DNA from: Candidatus Poribacteria bacterium
Lineage (GTDB): Bacteria; Poribacteria; WGA-4E; PCPOR2b
Assembly: GCA_965198175.1 (NCBI GenBank)
Contig: OZ240245.1
Location: 1,184,001-1,248,000, forward strand
Direction of reading: 5' to 3'
Length of the DNA stretch: 64,000 nt
Both the position numbers and the translations under genes were made by a program. The notes under the pieces were generated by a model. That model did no database searches. It saw nothing but the letters and a program-made list of their open reading frames with translations, and had not been told where the DNA came from. Shown here piece after piece: positions 1 through 9,950 of this stretch (its first letter is position 1; every line of letters starts with the position of its first letter).

Positions 1-684
1 CTCGCAGAGGAGTTAGAGTTACCGCTAATGACGGTGTGTTCGACTTGCATCGGCTGTCTGCGTAAAAGCAATAAGAAACTGACGGAAGATGAAGGCTACC
101 GTGCAGAAGTCAACGAAGTGCTCAAGGCGGGTGGACACGAATATCACGGAAGTGTGGATGTTACTCACCTTCTCTACGTCCTCATCAAGGAGGTAGGTCC
201 AGACAATCTGCGAAGCATGGTTAAACAGCCGCTGACGGGTTTGCGAGTCGCACCATTTTACGGCTGTTACATCCTGCGCCCTGCGGATGTCATGGGGATT
301 GACAACCCTGACAATCCGACCTCACTGGAACGGGTGATTGAAGCGGTGGGCGCGACACCAGTGGATTACTACGGAAAAACTCGATGCTGCGGGTTTCCCA
401 TAAACCTGGAGAACGAGGAAGCTGCGTTCAAAATGGCGGGGAAGCACATTGGTGAGGCGAAGGACAAAGGTGCAGACTGTATGGTGACGCCTTGCCCGCT
501 CTGCCACATGAACCTAGACCTCCAGCAACCTTCCGTTAGTAAGGTGGTCGGACGCCAACTCGACCTGCCTGTTTTGCACCTTCCGCAGATGATTGGTTTG
601 GCGCTTGGTTTGGCGCCAAAGGAGTTGGGCGTCAGCAAACATATGATCTCGACGAAAGATGTCCTTGGGAAATTAGGTGTCTAA
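1..684 (+). CDS. Heterodisulfide reductase subunit B (HdrB/SdhE-like) CCG-domain Fe-S protein, 5'-truncated by window edge
   Basis: Frame open from base 1 (LAEELELPLMTVCSTC); motifs FYGCYILRP, RCCG, VTPCPLCHMNLD and PVLHLPQMIGLALG are typical of HdrB-family CCG domains. Confidence 0.85.
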   Translation, partial: LAEELELPLMTVCSTCIGCLRKSNKKLTEDEGYRAEVNEVLKAGGHEYHGSVDVTHLLYVLIKEVGPDNLRSMVKQPLTGLRVAPFYGCYILRPADVMGIDNPDNPTSLERVIEAVGATPVDYYGKTRCCGFPINLENEEAAFKMAGKHIGEAKDKGADCMVTPCPLCHMNLDLQQPSVSKVVGRQLDLPVLHLPQMIGLALGLAPKELGVSKHMISTKDVLGKLGV

Positions 685-837
685 GCGGAACATAGTTTAG
701 TAATAATGGATACTCCAGCGGTCAAGGTGGGCGCAATCACAACGGACGATTGAGAGTCAGCAAGCTAAACTCACGCTTTCAAAAAGTGGGAAAAACGAAG
801 CCAACCTTTCTCCAATAAGATAGGAGCCATTTTTATC

Positions 838-1971
838 ATGGCGAGTAAGAACAGCATCGTCAGAGTCGGTGTGATTGGTCCCGGTGGAGCGGGGCGCGGA
901 AACACATTAGCGTTTGCCACACGGGACGATGTTGAGATTGCCGCGGTGGCTGACAACAATGAACGAAGTATAGATGCGCTGGAAAACGCTCTCCGCGAAC
1001 AGGTTGAAAACTACAAGGAAGACAGTTTCAAGCGTTACGTTGGCGAATATGAATTCATCGAGATGCTGAACAAAGAGGATCTCGACATCGTCGGCGTTTT
1101 CTCTCCACACTCATTGCATGATATCCATTCCAAATATGCTTTACGCGCCGGGTGCCACGTGCTCGTGGAAAAGCCGATGGCGAACATTGTTGGAGATGCG
1201 ATTACACTCACCAAAATCGCAATGGGAATGGATTTGCATTTGGTCGTCGGGTATCAGCGGCATTATGAAGAAATCTATATCGCTGGCAGAAAGGCAATTT
1301 CGGAGGGCTTAATCGGCGGTCTGTCAAAATTTGATGTTTACCTAGCACAACGTTGGCCCGGCAGCGGTTGGCGAGGGGATGCACGTTTCTCCGGTGGAGG
1401 GCAGCCGAATGACTCCGGGAGCCATATGCAGGATATTTTCCTCTGGATGACAGGCTTGTTGCCGAAGCAAGTATACGGCACAACTGACACAAAATTTGAG
1501 GACGAACAGGGAAATGTCACGATGAAAGCTGTCGAAGTTGATGCCCACTCGGAAGTCACAATGGATGATGGATCGAGCGGTACAATTACAATCCTTGGCA
1601 ACACGCATATTGCCTTCAAGGAATGGCTTATCCTTGAAGGCAGCGAGGGAATTCTTGAGATTAAAGACGGCATCCGTTTTATTCCAAAGGACGGCGAGCC
1701 ACAGCCATTAGCAAATCAACGTCCGGAGGGATATCCGCTTTGCAAGGTTGATCAGATTGTTGGCTTGGTGAAGGGGCAATACAATATAAACTACACCTCT
1801 GGGATTAATGGGATTCGCACTAGTTGGCTCACCAATTCGATTTTGGAGACCGGTAAAGGGCCAAATGAACGGAATATGGTAGATTGCGATGCCCTGATTG
1901 AAAGGGAAGGTTACAACCGTCAATTCCTGTTAGATCTGATTGATGCGTGTGCTCTGAGGAAAATGTACTAA
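838..1971 (+). CDS. Gfo/Idh/MocA family oxidoreductase
   Basis: N-terminal Rossmann VGVIGPGGAG; HVLVEKPMA motif; GGGQPNDSGSHMQD. Confidence 0.85.
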   Translation: MASKNSIVRVGVIGPGGAGRGNTLAFATRDDVEIAAVADNNERSIDALENALREQVENYKEDSFKRYVGEYEFIEMLNKEDLDIVGVFSPHSLHDIHSKYALRAGCHVLVEKPMANIVGDAITLTKIAMGMDLHLVVGYQRHYEEIYIAGRKAISEGLIGGLSKFDVYLAQRWPGSGWRGDARFSGGGQPNDSGSHMQDIFLWMTGLLPKQVYGTTDTKFEDEQGNVTMKAVEVDAHSEVTMDDGSSGTITILGNTHIAFKEWLILEGSEGILEIKDGIRFIPKDGEPQPLANQRPEGYPLCKVDQIVGLVKGQYNINYTSGINGIRTSWLTNSILETGKGPNERNMVDCDALIEREGYNRQFLLDLIDACALRKMY

Positions 1972-2080
1972 GTACCTGGACAGCATTAAGTTCATAACTG
2001 CCAGTCGGTCGAGATTCTGAAAACTAATAAGCCAACCCCAAATCTTTGATCGAGGGTTTACAAGATGAGGAGGACGAACA

Positions 2081-4030
2081 ATGAAATACTGCAGATTCTG
2101 CACTTTCTTTTTAGTAATTGTGATGATACTCGCCCACTATGGCTGTATATCCGGTAAGGGAACCGGAGAAGTTGAAATACTCATTGAGGAGAAAGATTAT
2201 CACGGCGCCATTGAAGTAGCTGAAGCGATAGTCGCGTCAAAACCGGGTACACCAATTGCTCGCCAAGCTCAATTAGCCATAGGCAAACTTTATATTGAAA
2301 CAATGAACCAGCCTGAAAAAGGTGTGGAGGTTTATCAAGAAATCATCTCTGCAGCGCCTGACAGCGATGAGGCTGCATCAGCGAATTATCGTTTGGGAGT
2401 CCACTATTTGAAATCAAAGGAGTTTGAATCCGCGCGGGGATTGTTCGACACGATCATAAACAAATTTCCGGAGCATGAGTTGAGTAGTAACGCTCAGCTC
2501 CTACTGGCAAAGAGTTATGAGGAAGCCCAAAACTATGAACAAGCCGCAGAAATCTATGGCAACTTCGCAAACCGATACCCTAAGAGTGACCGGGCAGCAC
2601 AAGCGCTCGTCAGGAAAGGACAGATCCAAAAGGAACAGCTTAAAGATAAGTCAGAAGCCAAACGAACCTATCAATCCCTCGTCAAAAAGTATGGCAAGGT
2701 CGAAGGTACTGAAACGTCCATCAGCGAAGCCAAACGAGAATTACAATTGATGGGAGCGACTATCCCGAAACCTGAGGATCCATTGGCATCGCAGGCCGGA
2801 CGGAGTCTTGCCAGACGGGAGAAACGGCGTGCACTCGACCGTCCACAGGACGTTGAACGCAGTCGGGCGATGGGAGCTGCACCAGAGGCAGACTCTGGAT
2901 TTGGCGTGAGTGGTGAACAGATAATGAGAACTTTTCAATTTACAATGGACGGGCAAGGCACGTACTATGATGCGATGCTAATGGTTGGCAACATGCTCTT
3001 TCAGGAGGAGGGTTATCGGGATGCCGGGGCATTGTATTTCCGTGCAATCCAACTTGCGAAACAGGCTGAAGCGGAGATTAGTCCATATAGTTATCTCAGC
3101 CTATCAATCTGCTATCGCAAACTCGGAATGCATCAGCGTGCTCAGGAGGTACTAAATAAGGCTGTAAGGAGCAATCGAGAAGTTCTTGAAGCCATTATAA
3201 AGACGGGCGAGAATCAGTATGCCAATGATGACTACGAAAAAGCGATTGAGACATACCAGTTTGTTGTTGGCTTCAATCCGTTCCGTGATTCAGAGATTTA
3301 CTGGAGGATCGGGCTGGCTTATAAAAAAATGGGCGATCCACATCAAGCGATGGAGTCTTTTGAACGGGCTGTTGCTGCGAAAACGGATTCTACCGATGCG
3401 CTTCAGAGCCTTGCCGAAGTACTTTACTATCAGTTAAACAAGAGAAGGCGGGCGGAAATTTTCCAGGATCTTGTTGATGCAAAAGGCAATACTTATCACG
3501 GTGAAAAGGAGCTTGGGGATGTCTGCTATAAATATGGCAACTACACGCGGGCGAAGACCAAATATGAAGCCGCAGCGCGAATTGCCGAACGGCAAAAACA
3601 AAATACAACGAGTCAAGCGGAACAACATAAACTCGATGGCTATATTATAGATGCCAAAGTACATGCAGCAATGGCAGCTCACAAGGATGGTATGGCAGAT
3701 AGAGCGAAGGAAGGAATTGATGCGCTCGCATCCGAATATCCTGAACACGCTTTAATTGCTTATGGGCGAGGACAACTTGCCTTGCTCGAAGGTGACGCTG
3801 ACGTTGCAGTGGCAGCATTCAAGGAATCAATTGAAAAAGATCCGCATTCCGACGTGGCGTCCATTGCTTTAGGGGAATACTACGTCTCACAAGGTTATGC
3901 GGATGAAGCATTGGCGCTATGGGAAGAATTTCTCGAACACCACCGATACAATCAGGAAGTCCGTCGCCGTTTGAACGAGTTGAAAACGAAGATTAAAAGC
4001 ACAGAAACCTCAAATCAAAAGTCGGAATAA
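2081..4030 (+). CDS. Exported tetratricopeptide-repeat protein (possible lipoprotein)
   Basis: Hydrophobic N-terminus ending HYGC; many TPR helices (AQLAIGKLY, ANYRLGVHY, IYWRIGLAY); SD GAGGAGG upstream. Confidence 0.8.
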   Translation: MKYCRFCTFFLVIVMILAHYGCISGKGTGEVEILIEEKDYHGAIEVAEAIVASKPGTPIARQAQLAIGKLYIETMNQPEKGVEVYQEIISAAPDSDEAASANYRLGVHYLKSKEFESARGLFDTIINKFPEHELSSNAQLLLAKSYEEAQNYEQAAEIYGNFANRYPKSDRAAQALVRKGQIQKEQLKDKSEAKRTYQSLVKKYGKVEGTETSISEAKRELQLMGATIPKPEDPLASQAGRSLARREKRRALDRPQDVERSRAMGAAPEADSGFGVSGEQIMRTFQFTMDGQGTYYDAMLMVGNMLFQEEGYRDAGALYFRAIQLAKQAEAEISPYSYLSLSICYRKLGMHQRAQEVLNKAVRSNREVLEAIIKTGENQYANDDYEKAIETYQFVVGFNPFRDSEIYWRIGLAYKKMGDPHQAMESFERAVAAKTDSTDALQSLAEVLYYQLNKRRRAEIFQDLVDAKGNTYHGEKELGDVCYKYGNYTRAKTKYEAAARIAERQKQNTTSQAEQHKLDGYIIDAKVHAAMAAHKDGMADRAKEGIDALASEYPEHALIAYGRGQLALLEGDADVAVAAFKESIEKDPHSDVASIALGEYYVSQGYADEALALWEEFLEHHRYNQEVRRRLNELKTKIKSTETSNQKSE

Positions 4031-4260
4031 TTGTTTGACTTTGCATTTTTTTCTCACTTCACATGTTCGGAAAGTTCATGGGTTGAGGAGCGGCAGGGTT
4101 GTTTGATTTAGCCTATTTTTTCCCTAACCCTTTTTTATGGAGTGTTACAAGAAACTGAAAAAAGGATCCATCCGCAAAATGGACTGCTTCCCAATTGGAG
4201 GGATGAGCTAGCCAATTCAATGAAGTCAATAAACTCTAATCGCAAGGAACAACCGACGGA

Positions 4261-5061
4261 ATGAATGATCCAACGATGCTTTTAAAGACAGCCGAAGAAA
4301 TTGCCCGCGAAGCGGGGGGCGTCTTGATGGGTTACTTCGGCAAGGTTCGCCAGATTACGTACAAAGGCATTGGAGATATCGTTACCGAAGCGGATAAGGC
4401 TTCGGAGAAGTTGATTGCGGAACGACTCCAATCTGAATTTCCGGATCACGCCGTGTTTGGAGAGGAATTTGGTATGTCGGCGGTAAAATCCGACAACTGC
4501 TGGGTTACAGATCCTCTGGACGGAACTACCAACTATGCTGCAAGTTTCCCAATCTTTGCTATAGCGATAGCGCTCTTGCATAAAGGCATTCCGATGCTCG
4601 GAGTTGTGTTCGACCCGAATACTAATCGCATGTTTAGTGCAGCGAAAGATTGCGGCGCAACGTTGAATGGTGTTCCTCTTCACGTCAATAACCGCGAAAA
4701 ATTTGACGCGATTGGTGTGTTTGGGTTTTCGGCAGAGGTCATCACATCACTTAATCGCTTTGTTCAAAAGCCGGTTAAAGGTCGAAGCCTTGGATCCGCA
4801 GCACTCCATATCTGTTCAGTTGCGGCGGGCTACTTCGATGGCAGCTTCGATTCCAACACGAGGCTCTGGGACATCGCCGCACCAGCCGTCATTTTGGAAG
4901 AGGCGGGCGGTGTTATGACCCATCCTTCGGGCGAATCGTGTTTCCCATTGCCACCCGATGCGCCTGCCTATCGGGGCGAACGAATGCCTTTCCTCGCCAC
5001 AAATGGTAAAATACATGAGGAGTGTGTGGAAGCTCTGCGGTCAAACAATAGAACCGTTTAA
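4261..5061 (+). CDS. Inositol monophosphatase family protein
   Basis: Motifs DIVTEADKASE, GEE, WVTDPLDGTTNY and WDIAA. Confidence 0.9.
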   Translation: MNDPTMLLKTAEEIAREAGGVLMGYFGKVRQITYKGIGDIVTEADKASEKLIAERLQSEFPDHAVFGEEFGMSAVKSDNCWVTDPLDGTTNYAASFPIFAIAIALLHKGIPMLGVVFDPNTNRMFSAAKDCGATLNGVPLHVNNREKFDAIGVFGFSAEVITSLNRFVQKPVKGRSLGSAALHICSVAAGYFDGSFDSNTRLWDIAAPAVILEEAGGVMTHPSGESCFPLPPDAPAYRGERMPFLATNGKIHEECVEALRSNNRTV

Positions 5062-5084
5062 CTTGAAGCGCACGGAAGAAAACA

Positions 5085-6134
5085 GTGTTAAGAATCGGTA
5101 TTATTGGGATCGGCTTTATGGGAACCATCCACTACTATGCGACCAGAAAAGTCTCCGGCGGTCAAGTTGTCGCAATCTGCACACGCGACCAGAAAAAGCG
5201 TGAAGGCGATTGGACCGGCATTCAGGGTAACTTTGGACCCCGCGGCGGTTTCGAAGACCTTTCGCACATACGCAAATATGATGAGATTGATGATCTCCTC
5301 GCCGATCCAGAGGTCGATATGATTGACATCTGCTTGCCAACGCACATGCATAAACTAATCAGTATCGCCGCGTTGAAAGCAGAAAAGCATGTGCTTGTCG
5401 AAAAGCCTATCTCAGTTAGGCTTGACGATGCAAATGAGATGGTTCAAGCTGCCGAGCAGAGCGAACGATGCTTCATGGTAGCACATATTCTGCCGTTTTT
5501 CGCAGAGTATACCTATGCGCAAGGGATTGTCGAAAGCGGAGAATACGGGAATCTGATTGGTGGGCATTTCAAACGTGTCATTTCTGAGCCAAACTGGTCT
5601 GATGATTTCGTCGATTTAGAAAAGAGTGGAGGTCCCGGAATCGATCTTCACATCCACGACACCCATTTTATTCAACTGCTTTGCGGGACACCTGATGCAG
5701 TGTTCTCACAGGGTAAGCTTGCTGGACGAGACTTTGCCCAATACCTCACAACCCAATATATCTACAATGACAAAGAGCTTTCGATAAGCTGCTCTTCGGG
5801 CGCCGTATCTCAGGAGGGACGTGCATTCTCACACGGCTTCGAGCTTTATCTGGAAAAAGCAACCTTGTTGTATGAGTTTGCTACACTTGGCGGCGATCCG
5901 GTTACCTCAACGCCGTTGATGCTGTTGACTGAGGATGGAAAGGTTCACAGGGTGGATCTCGGTGAAACAGACCCCGTGGATGCTTTTACCAAAGAGATAC
6001 AGGCTGCGGTTGACGCAATCAACCAAGGGCATGAGAACTCGGTACTTTCAAGGATTAGCGCCAGAGACGCCTTGCTGCTCTGCCATAAAGAGGCTGAATC
6101 AATTAAGACCGGAGAAATTGTGCCGATTGCTTAA
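5085..6134 (+). CDS. Gfo/Idh/MocA family oxidoreductase
   Basis: IGIIGIGFMG, DICLPTHMH, HVLVEKPI, DLHIHD. Confidence 0.88.
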   Translation: MLRIGIIGIGFMGTIHYYATRKVSGGQVVAICTRDQKKREGDWTGIQGNFGPRGGFEDLSHIRKYDEIDDLLADPEVDMIDICLPTHMHKLISIAALKAEKHVLVEKPISVRLDDANEMVQAAEQSERCFMVAHILPFFAEYTYAQGIVESGEYGNLIGGHFKRVISEPNWSDDFVDLEKSGGPGIDLHIHDTHFIQLLCGTPDAVFSQGKLAGRDFAQYLTTQYIYNDKELSISCSSGAVSQEGRAFSHGFELYLEKATLLYEFATLGGDPVTSTPLMLLTEDGKVHRVDLGETDPVDAFTKEIQAAVDAINQGHENSVLSRISARDALLLCHKEAESIKTGEIVPIA

Positions 6135-6146
6135 CGAGAACGGGGA

Positions 6147-8318
6147 ATGCGAATGCGATTTCAGATAACTTGTAAAACAGTTTCTTTGCTTCTGTATCTG
6201 CTGTTCATTTTGCGCGGAGACATAATAGCTCAAATCCCTTCAGAGGCTTGGGCTTCCCAATGGGACTGGCCGGGTTGGCGAGGTCCCAACCAAAACGGTG
6301 TTTCTCACGAAACTGGACTAATCTCAAAATGGTCTCTGGACGGCGAAAACCTAATGTGGAAAGCGGACTTTATCGGCCGTTCCACACCGATTGTGCTCAA
6401 CGGTCGGGTATATGCTATAGGGCGAGTTGGAAAGGATATCACCGAGCAGGAGCAGGTCGCCTGCTTTGACGCTAAAACGGGAGAACTTCTTTGGGAACAT
6501 CGATTCAACGTTTTTCACAGCACTATCCCATTTAACCGACTCGGTTGGGCAAGTTTGGCTGGCGATACGTATACAGGTAATATTTATGCCCATACGATTA
6601 GTGGGATGTTTCTCTGTTTTACTGGAAACGGTGAAATTGTCTGGTCACGTTCCTTTACGGAAGAATTCGGACGAATTTCCGGCTATGGCGGACGCATTCA
6701 TACACCGATTGTGACTGGCGACCTTGTTATCATCAGCTTCCTTAACACAAGCTGGGGCAGTCATGTTGTGCCGAGGCATCGTTATTTCGCTTTCGATAAG
6801 AACACAGGCGATGTTGTGTGGGTAGCAGCACCGGGCGGTCGACCGCTGGATACCACCTACTCCACACCTGTTGTTGCAACGATCAACGGACAACTACTCT
6901 TGATAGGGGGCAACGCGGATGGAGCGGTCTATGCAATGAATGTTCATACAGGTGAGAAGGTTTGGGGTTTCAAACTCAGCAAACGCGGCATCAATAGCTC
7001 AGTTGTGGTGGATGGCGCAAAGGTTTACGCTTCCCATGGCGAAGAGAATATCGACAGCACGGCGATGGGGCGTGTCGTCTGCATTGATGGCACTGGCACA
7101 GGGGATGTTACAGAAACACACGAGCTCTGGCGATATGATGGGTGTCAGGTCGGTTATACTTCCCCGGCGATACACGAGGGGAGAGTTTACGTCGTGGATA
7201 ATTCGGCGAATCTGTACAGCCTTGACGCCGAAACAGGTGCTGTCCGTTGGCAGCACAGCCTTGGCACCGTTGGTAAAGGTTCACCTGTTTGGGCAGATGA
7301 AAAGATATATGTAACCGAAGTAAACGGACATTTTCATATTCTGCAACCGAGCGAAAATGCGTGCCAATCCCTCGACACAAAGCAGATTGAAAGGGAGCCG
7401 GGACATTATGCAGAAATATATGGATCTCCTGCGATTGCTGACGGTCAAATCTACTTCACTACCGAGGATGGACTTTACTGTCTGGGGTCAAAAGGTGTGA
7501 ATTCAATCAAAATCGTTCCTACGGAGATTTTAACCCAACCAGGAAAAACAGTTCAGTTCACGGTTCGCGCCTTCGACGAAAAAGGAAGATTTTATACCGA
7601 AAAGGCTGGTGAATGGTCGCTCAAGGGATTGTTAGGAACAATTGGTCCTAACGGCAAACTAACCCTCAATGACAGCGGCGGTGGCCAAGCCGGAACCGTG
7701 TCAGCGCGGATTGGGAAAGTGCAAGGTTCTGCTCGTGTCCGTGTTATTCCTGAAATGCCGTGGGTGGAAGATTTTGAGTCGGTTGAAGAAGGGAAAAATC
7801 CGCTGCACTGGGTCGGGGCAGGTAGCAAATTTATCGTCCGCTCTAAAGATGGAAACAAAGTTCTAGTCAAATCTCCCGTCAAGCGCGGGTTGAACCGATC
7901 CAATGTCTATATTGGGCTACCCACGATGAAAGACTACACCATTCAAATCGATGTGATGGGGACAAAGCCTAAACGAAACCTGCCGGATATGGGACTAATC
8001 GCCAACCGGTACACCTTGGATCTTATGGGCAACCACCAGCGGTTGCAAATCCGCTCATGGGCTTCAGATCTCAGAATGGCAAAGCATATCGATTTCAGAT
8101 GGGAACCATACGTCTGGTATACTATGAAGTTGAAGGTAGACATTGACGATGATAAAGCAATTGTAAAAGGAAGGGTTTGGCGAACCGGCGAAATGGAACC
8201 TGGAACCTGGACGATTACAACAGAAGATCCGCTGGCAAATCGTGAAGGGAGTCCAGGTATCTACGGCTATTCTCCCGCCGAGATTTATTACGATAACCTT
8301 AAAGTTTGGCGTGATTGA
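6147..8318 (+). CDS. Exported PQQ-binding-like (BamB-type) beta-propeller repeat protein with C-terminal beta-sandwich
   Basis: Signal peptide, DWPGWRGP start, repeated 'SPV..DG.VY...A.D..TG...W' blades. Confidence 0.8.
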   Translation: MRMRFQITCKTVSLLLYLLFILRGDIIAQIPSEAWASQWDWPGWRGPNQNGVSHETGLISKWSLDGENLMWKADFIGRSTPIVLNGRVYAIGRVGKDITEQEQVACFDAKTGELLWEHRFNVFHSTIPFNRLGWASLAGDTYTGNIYAHTISGMFLCFTGNGEIVWSRSFTEEFGRISGYGGRIHTPIVTGDLVIISFLNTSWGSHVVPRHRYFAFDKNTGDVVWVAAPGGRPLDTTYSTPVVATINGQLLLIGGNADGAVYAMNVHTGEKVWGFKLSKRGINSSVVVDGAKVYASHGEENIDSTAMGRVVCIDGTGTGDVTETHELWRYDGCQVGYTSPAIHEGRVYVVDNSANLYSLDAETGAVRWQHSLGTVGKGSPVWADEKIYVTEVNGHFHILQPSENACQSLDTKQIEREPGHYAEIYGSPAIADGQIYFTTEDGLYCLGSKGVNSIKIVPTEILTQPGKTVQFTVRAFDEKGRFYTEKAGEWSLKGLLGTIGPNGKLTLNDSGGGQAGTVSARIGKVQGSARVRVIPEMPWVEDFESVEEGKNPLHWVGAGSKFIVRSKDGNKVLVKSPVKRGLNRSNVYIGLPTMKDYTIQIDVMGTKPKRNLPDMGLIANRYTLDLMGNHQRLQIRSWASDLRMAKHIDFRWEPYVWYTMKLKVDIDDDKAIVKGRVWRTGEMEPGTWTITTEDPLANREGSPGIYGYSPAEIYYDNLKVWRD

Positions 8319-8423
8319 GGAATAATTTTCAAATTGATTAACCTGTCTATTGAAACGAACGCACTGATTGGGAAGTTGAGCGAAATTACATGAGCACAGT
8401 TCGATGATCTGTAGACCGATCTG

Positions 8424-9932
8424 GTGATTATCACGCCCGTTAACCATTTGCACATTAAGCGAGAGCGTACGAAGATGAACATCAAGAGAATCTTAAGAAC
8501 AATGAACGTTAGCATTGTCCAAATTATCATTGGAATAAATTTTTTTGCTGTGTCGAATACCCGCGCCGAAGAAACAAACATGTGGGGGTTCACACCGTCT
8601 CGAAATCTGGTCTCCGACGAGAGAAATCTTCCGAAAAAGTGGGATCCCGAGACCGGGTTAAACATCAAATGGAGGGCGTCGCTAGGCTCACAAACCTATG
8701 CGGGACCTGTCCTCATTGGTGGTAAGGTATTTGTTGGAACGAACAACCAAGGCTTACGAAATCCAAAACTCACTGGCGACCGCGGCGTAATCATGGCGTT
8801 CCGCGAATCGGATGGCGAGTTCCTCTGGCAATCTACACATACGAAACTCCCTTCGGGCAGGGTCAATGATTGGCCCCAGCAGGGTGTCTGCTCAGCACCT
8901 TTCATTGAGGGCGATAGACTATACTACGTCTCAAATCGCTGTGAGGTGGTATGCATCGACACCGAAGGATTTCTGGATGGCGAAAATGATGGTCCCTTTA
9001 CAGAAGAAACCGATGCAAGCGACATCGATGCCGATACAATCTGGAAATACGACATGATGGCTGAACTGGACGTATTCCCTCATAATCTCGCCACTTGTTC
9101 CCCAGTTGGCGCTGGAGACATGCTTTTTGTAGTCACTAGCAATGGTGTTGATGAAGGACATATCCATATCCCTTCGCCGTTCGCACCTAGCTTTATCGCA
9201 CTAAATAAAAAGACGGGCGAACTCGTCTGGGAAGATGCCTCTCCCGGTGAAAACATTCTTCACGGTCAGTGGTCCAATCCCGCCTATGGTGTAGCAGCCG
9301 GAAAACTTCAGGTCATCTTTCCTGGTGGTGATGGCTGGATCTACTCGCTTGAGCCTGAGACAGGGAAGCTGATTTGGAAGTTTGACTGCAATCCGAAGGA
9401 TTCTGTTTGGGAGCTCGGCGGGAGAGGAACGCGAAACAGTATTATCTCGACCCCCGTCATTTACGGGGACCGGATTTACGTTGGTGTGGGTCAAGACCCC
9501 GAACACGGCGAGGGGGTTGGGCATCTATGGGCAATTGATGCCACAGGTGAAGGAGATGTCACCGAGAGTAACGCACTCTGGCATTTTGGGAATCAAGATT
9601 ATAACCGCACGATGTCCACAGTAGCGGTTGATGACGATTTGCTCTATACGGCGGATCTGAGCGGGTTTGTGTACTGCTTGGATGCCCACACCGGTGAACA
9701 CTACTGGACGTATGACACTTTTGCCGCGATTTGGGGGTCGCCGTTTGTGGCAGATGGAAGGGTCTATATCGGGGATGAGGACGGGGATGTTGCCGTCTTA
9801 AAGGCGGGCGAACAGAAGAAGTTGATTTTTGAGGTCAACATGGGCAGTGCGGTCTACACGACGCCGGTTGCCAAGGACGGTGTGCTGTATATTGCAAGCC
9901 GCAACGTACTTTTTGCAATAGCAGAAGAGTAA
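8424..9932 (+). CDS. PQQ-binding-like beta-propeller repeat protein (true start may be slightly downstream)
   Basis: NIKWRASLGSQTYAGPV and repeated 'ALNKKTGELVW', 'CLDAHTGEHYW', 'WGSPFVADGRVY' blades. Confidence 0.8.
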   Translation: MIITPVNHLHIKRERTKMNIKRILRTMNVSIVQIIIGINFFAVSNTRAEETNMWGFTPSRNLVSDERNLPKKWDPETGLNIKWRASLGSQTYAGPVLIGGKVFVGTNNQGLRNPKLTGDRGVIMAFRESDGEFLWQSTHTKLPSGRVNDWPQQGVCSAPFIEGDRLYYVSNRCEVVCIDTEGFLDGENDGPFTEETDASDIDADTIWKYDMMAELDVFPHNLATCSPVGAGDMLFVVTSNGVDEGHIHIPSPFAPSFIALNKKTGELVWEDASPGENILHGQWSNPAYGVAAGKLQVIFPGGDGWIYSLEPETGKLIWKFDCNPKDSVWELGGRGTRNSIISTPVIYGDRIYVGVGQDPEHGEGVGHLWAIDATGEGDVTESNALWHFGNQDYNRTMSTVAVDDDLLYTADLSGFVYCLDAHTGEHYWTYDTFAAIWGSPFVADGRVYIGDEDGDVAVLKAGEQKKLIFEVNMGSAVYTTPVAKDGVLYIASRNVLFAIAEE

Positions 9933-9950
9933 AGGATTGGATGTGATAAA

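Noticed and set aside
8316..8426. Two PQQ-repeat genes in the same frame separated by TGA
   Set aside because: A second in-frame stop lies at about 8391, so they are separate genes.
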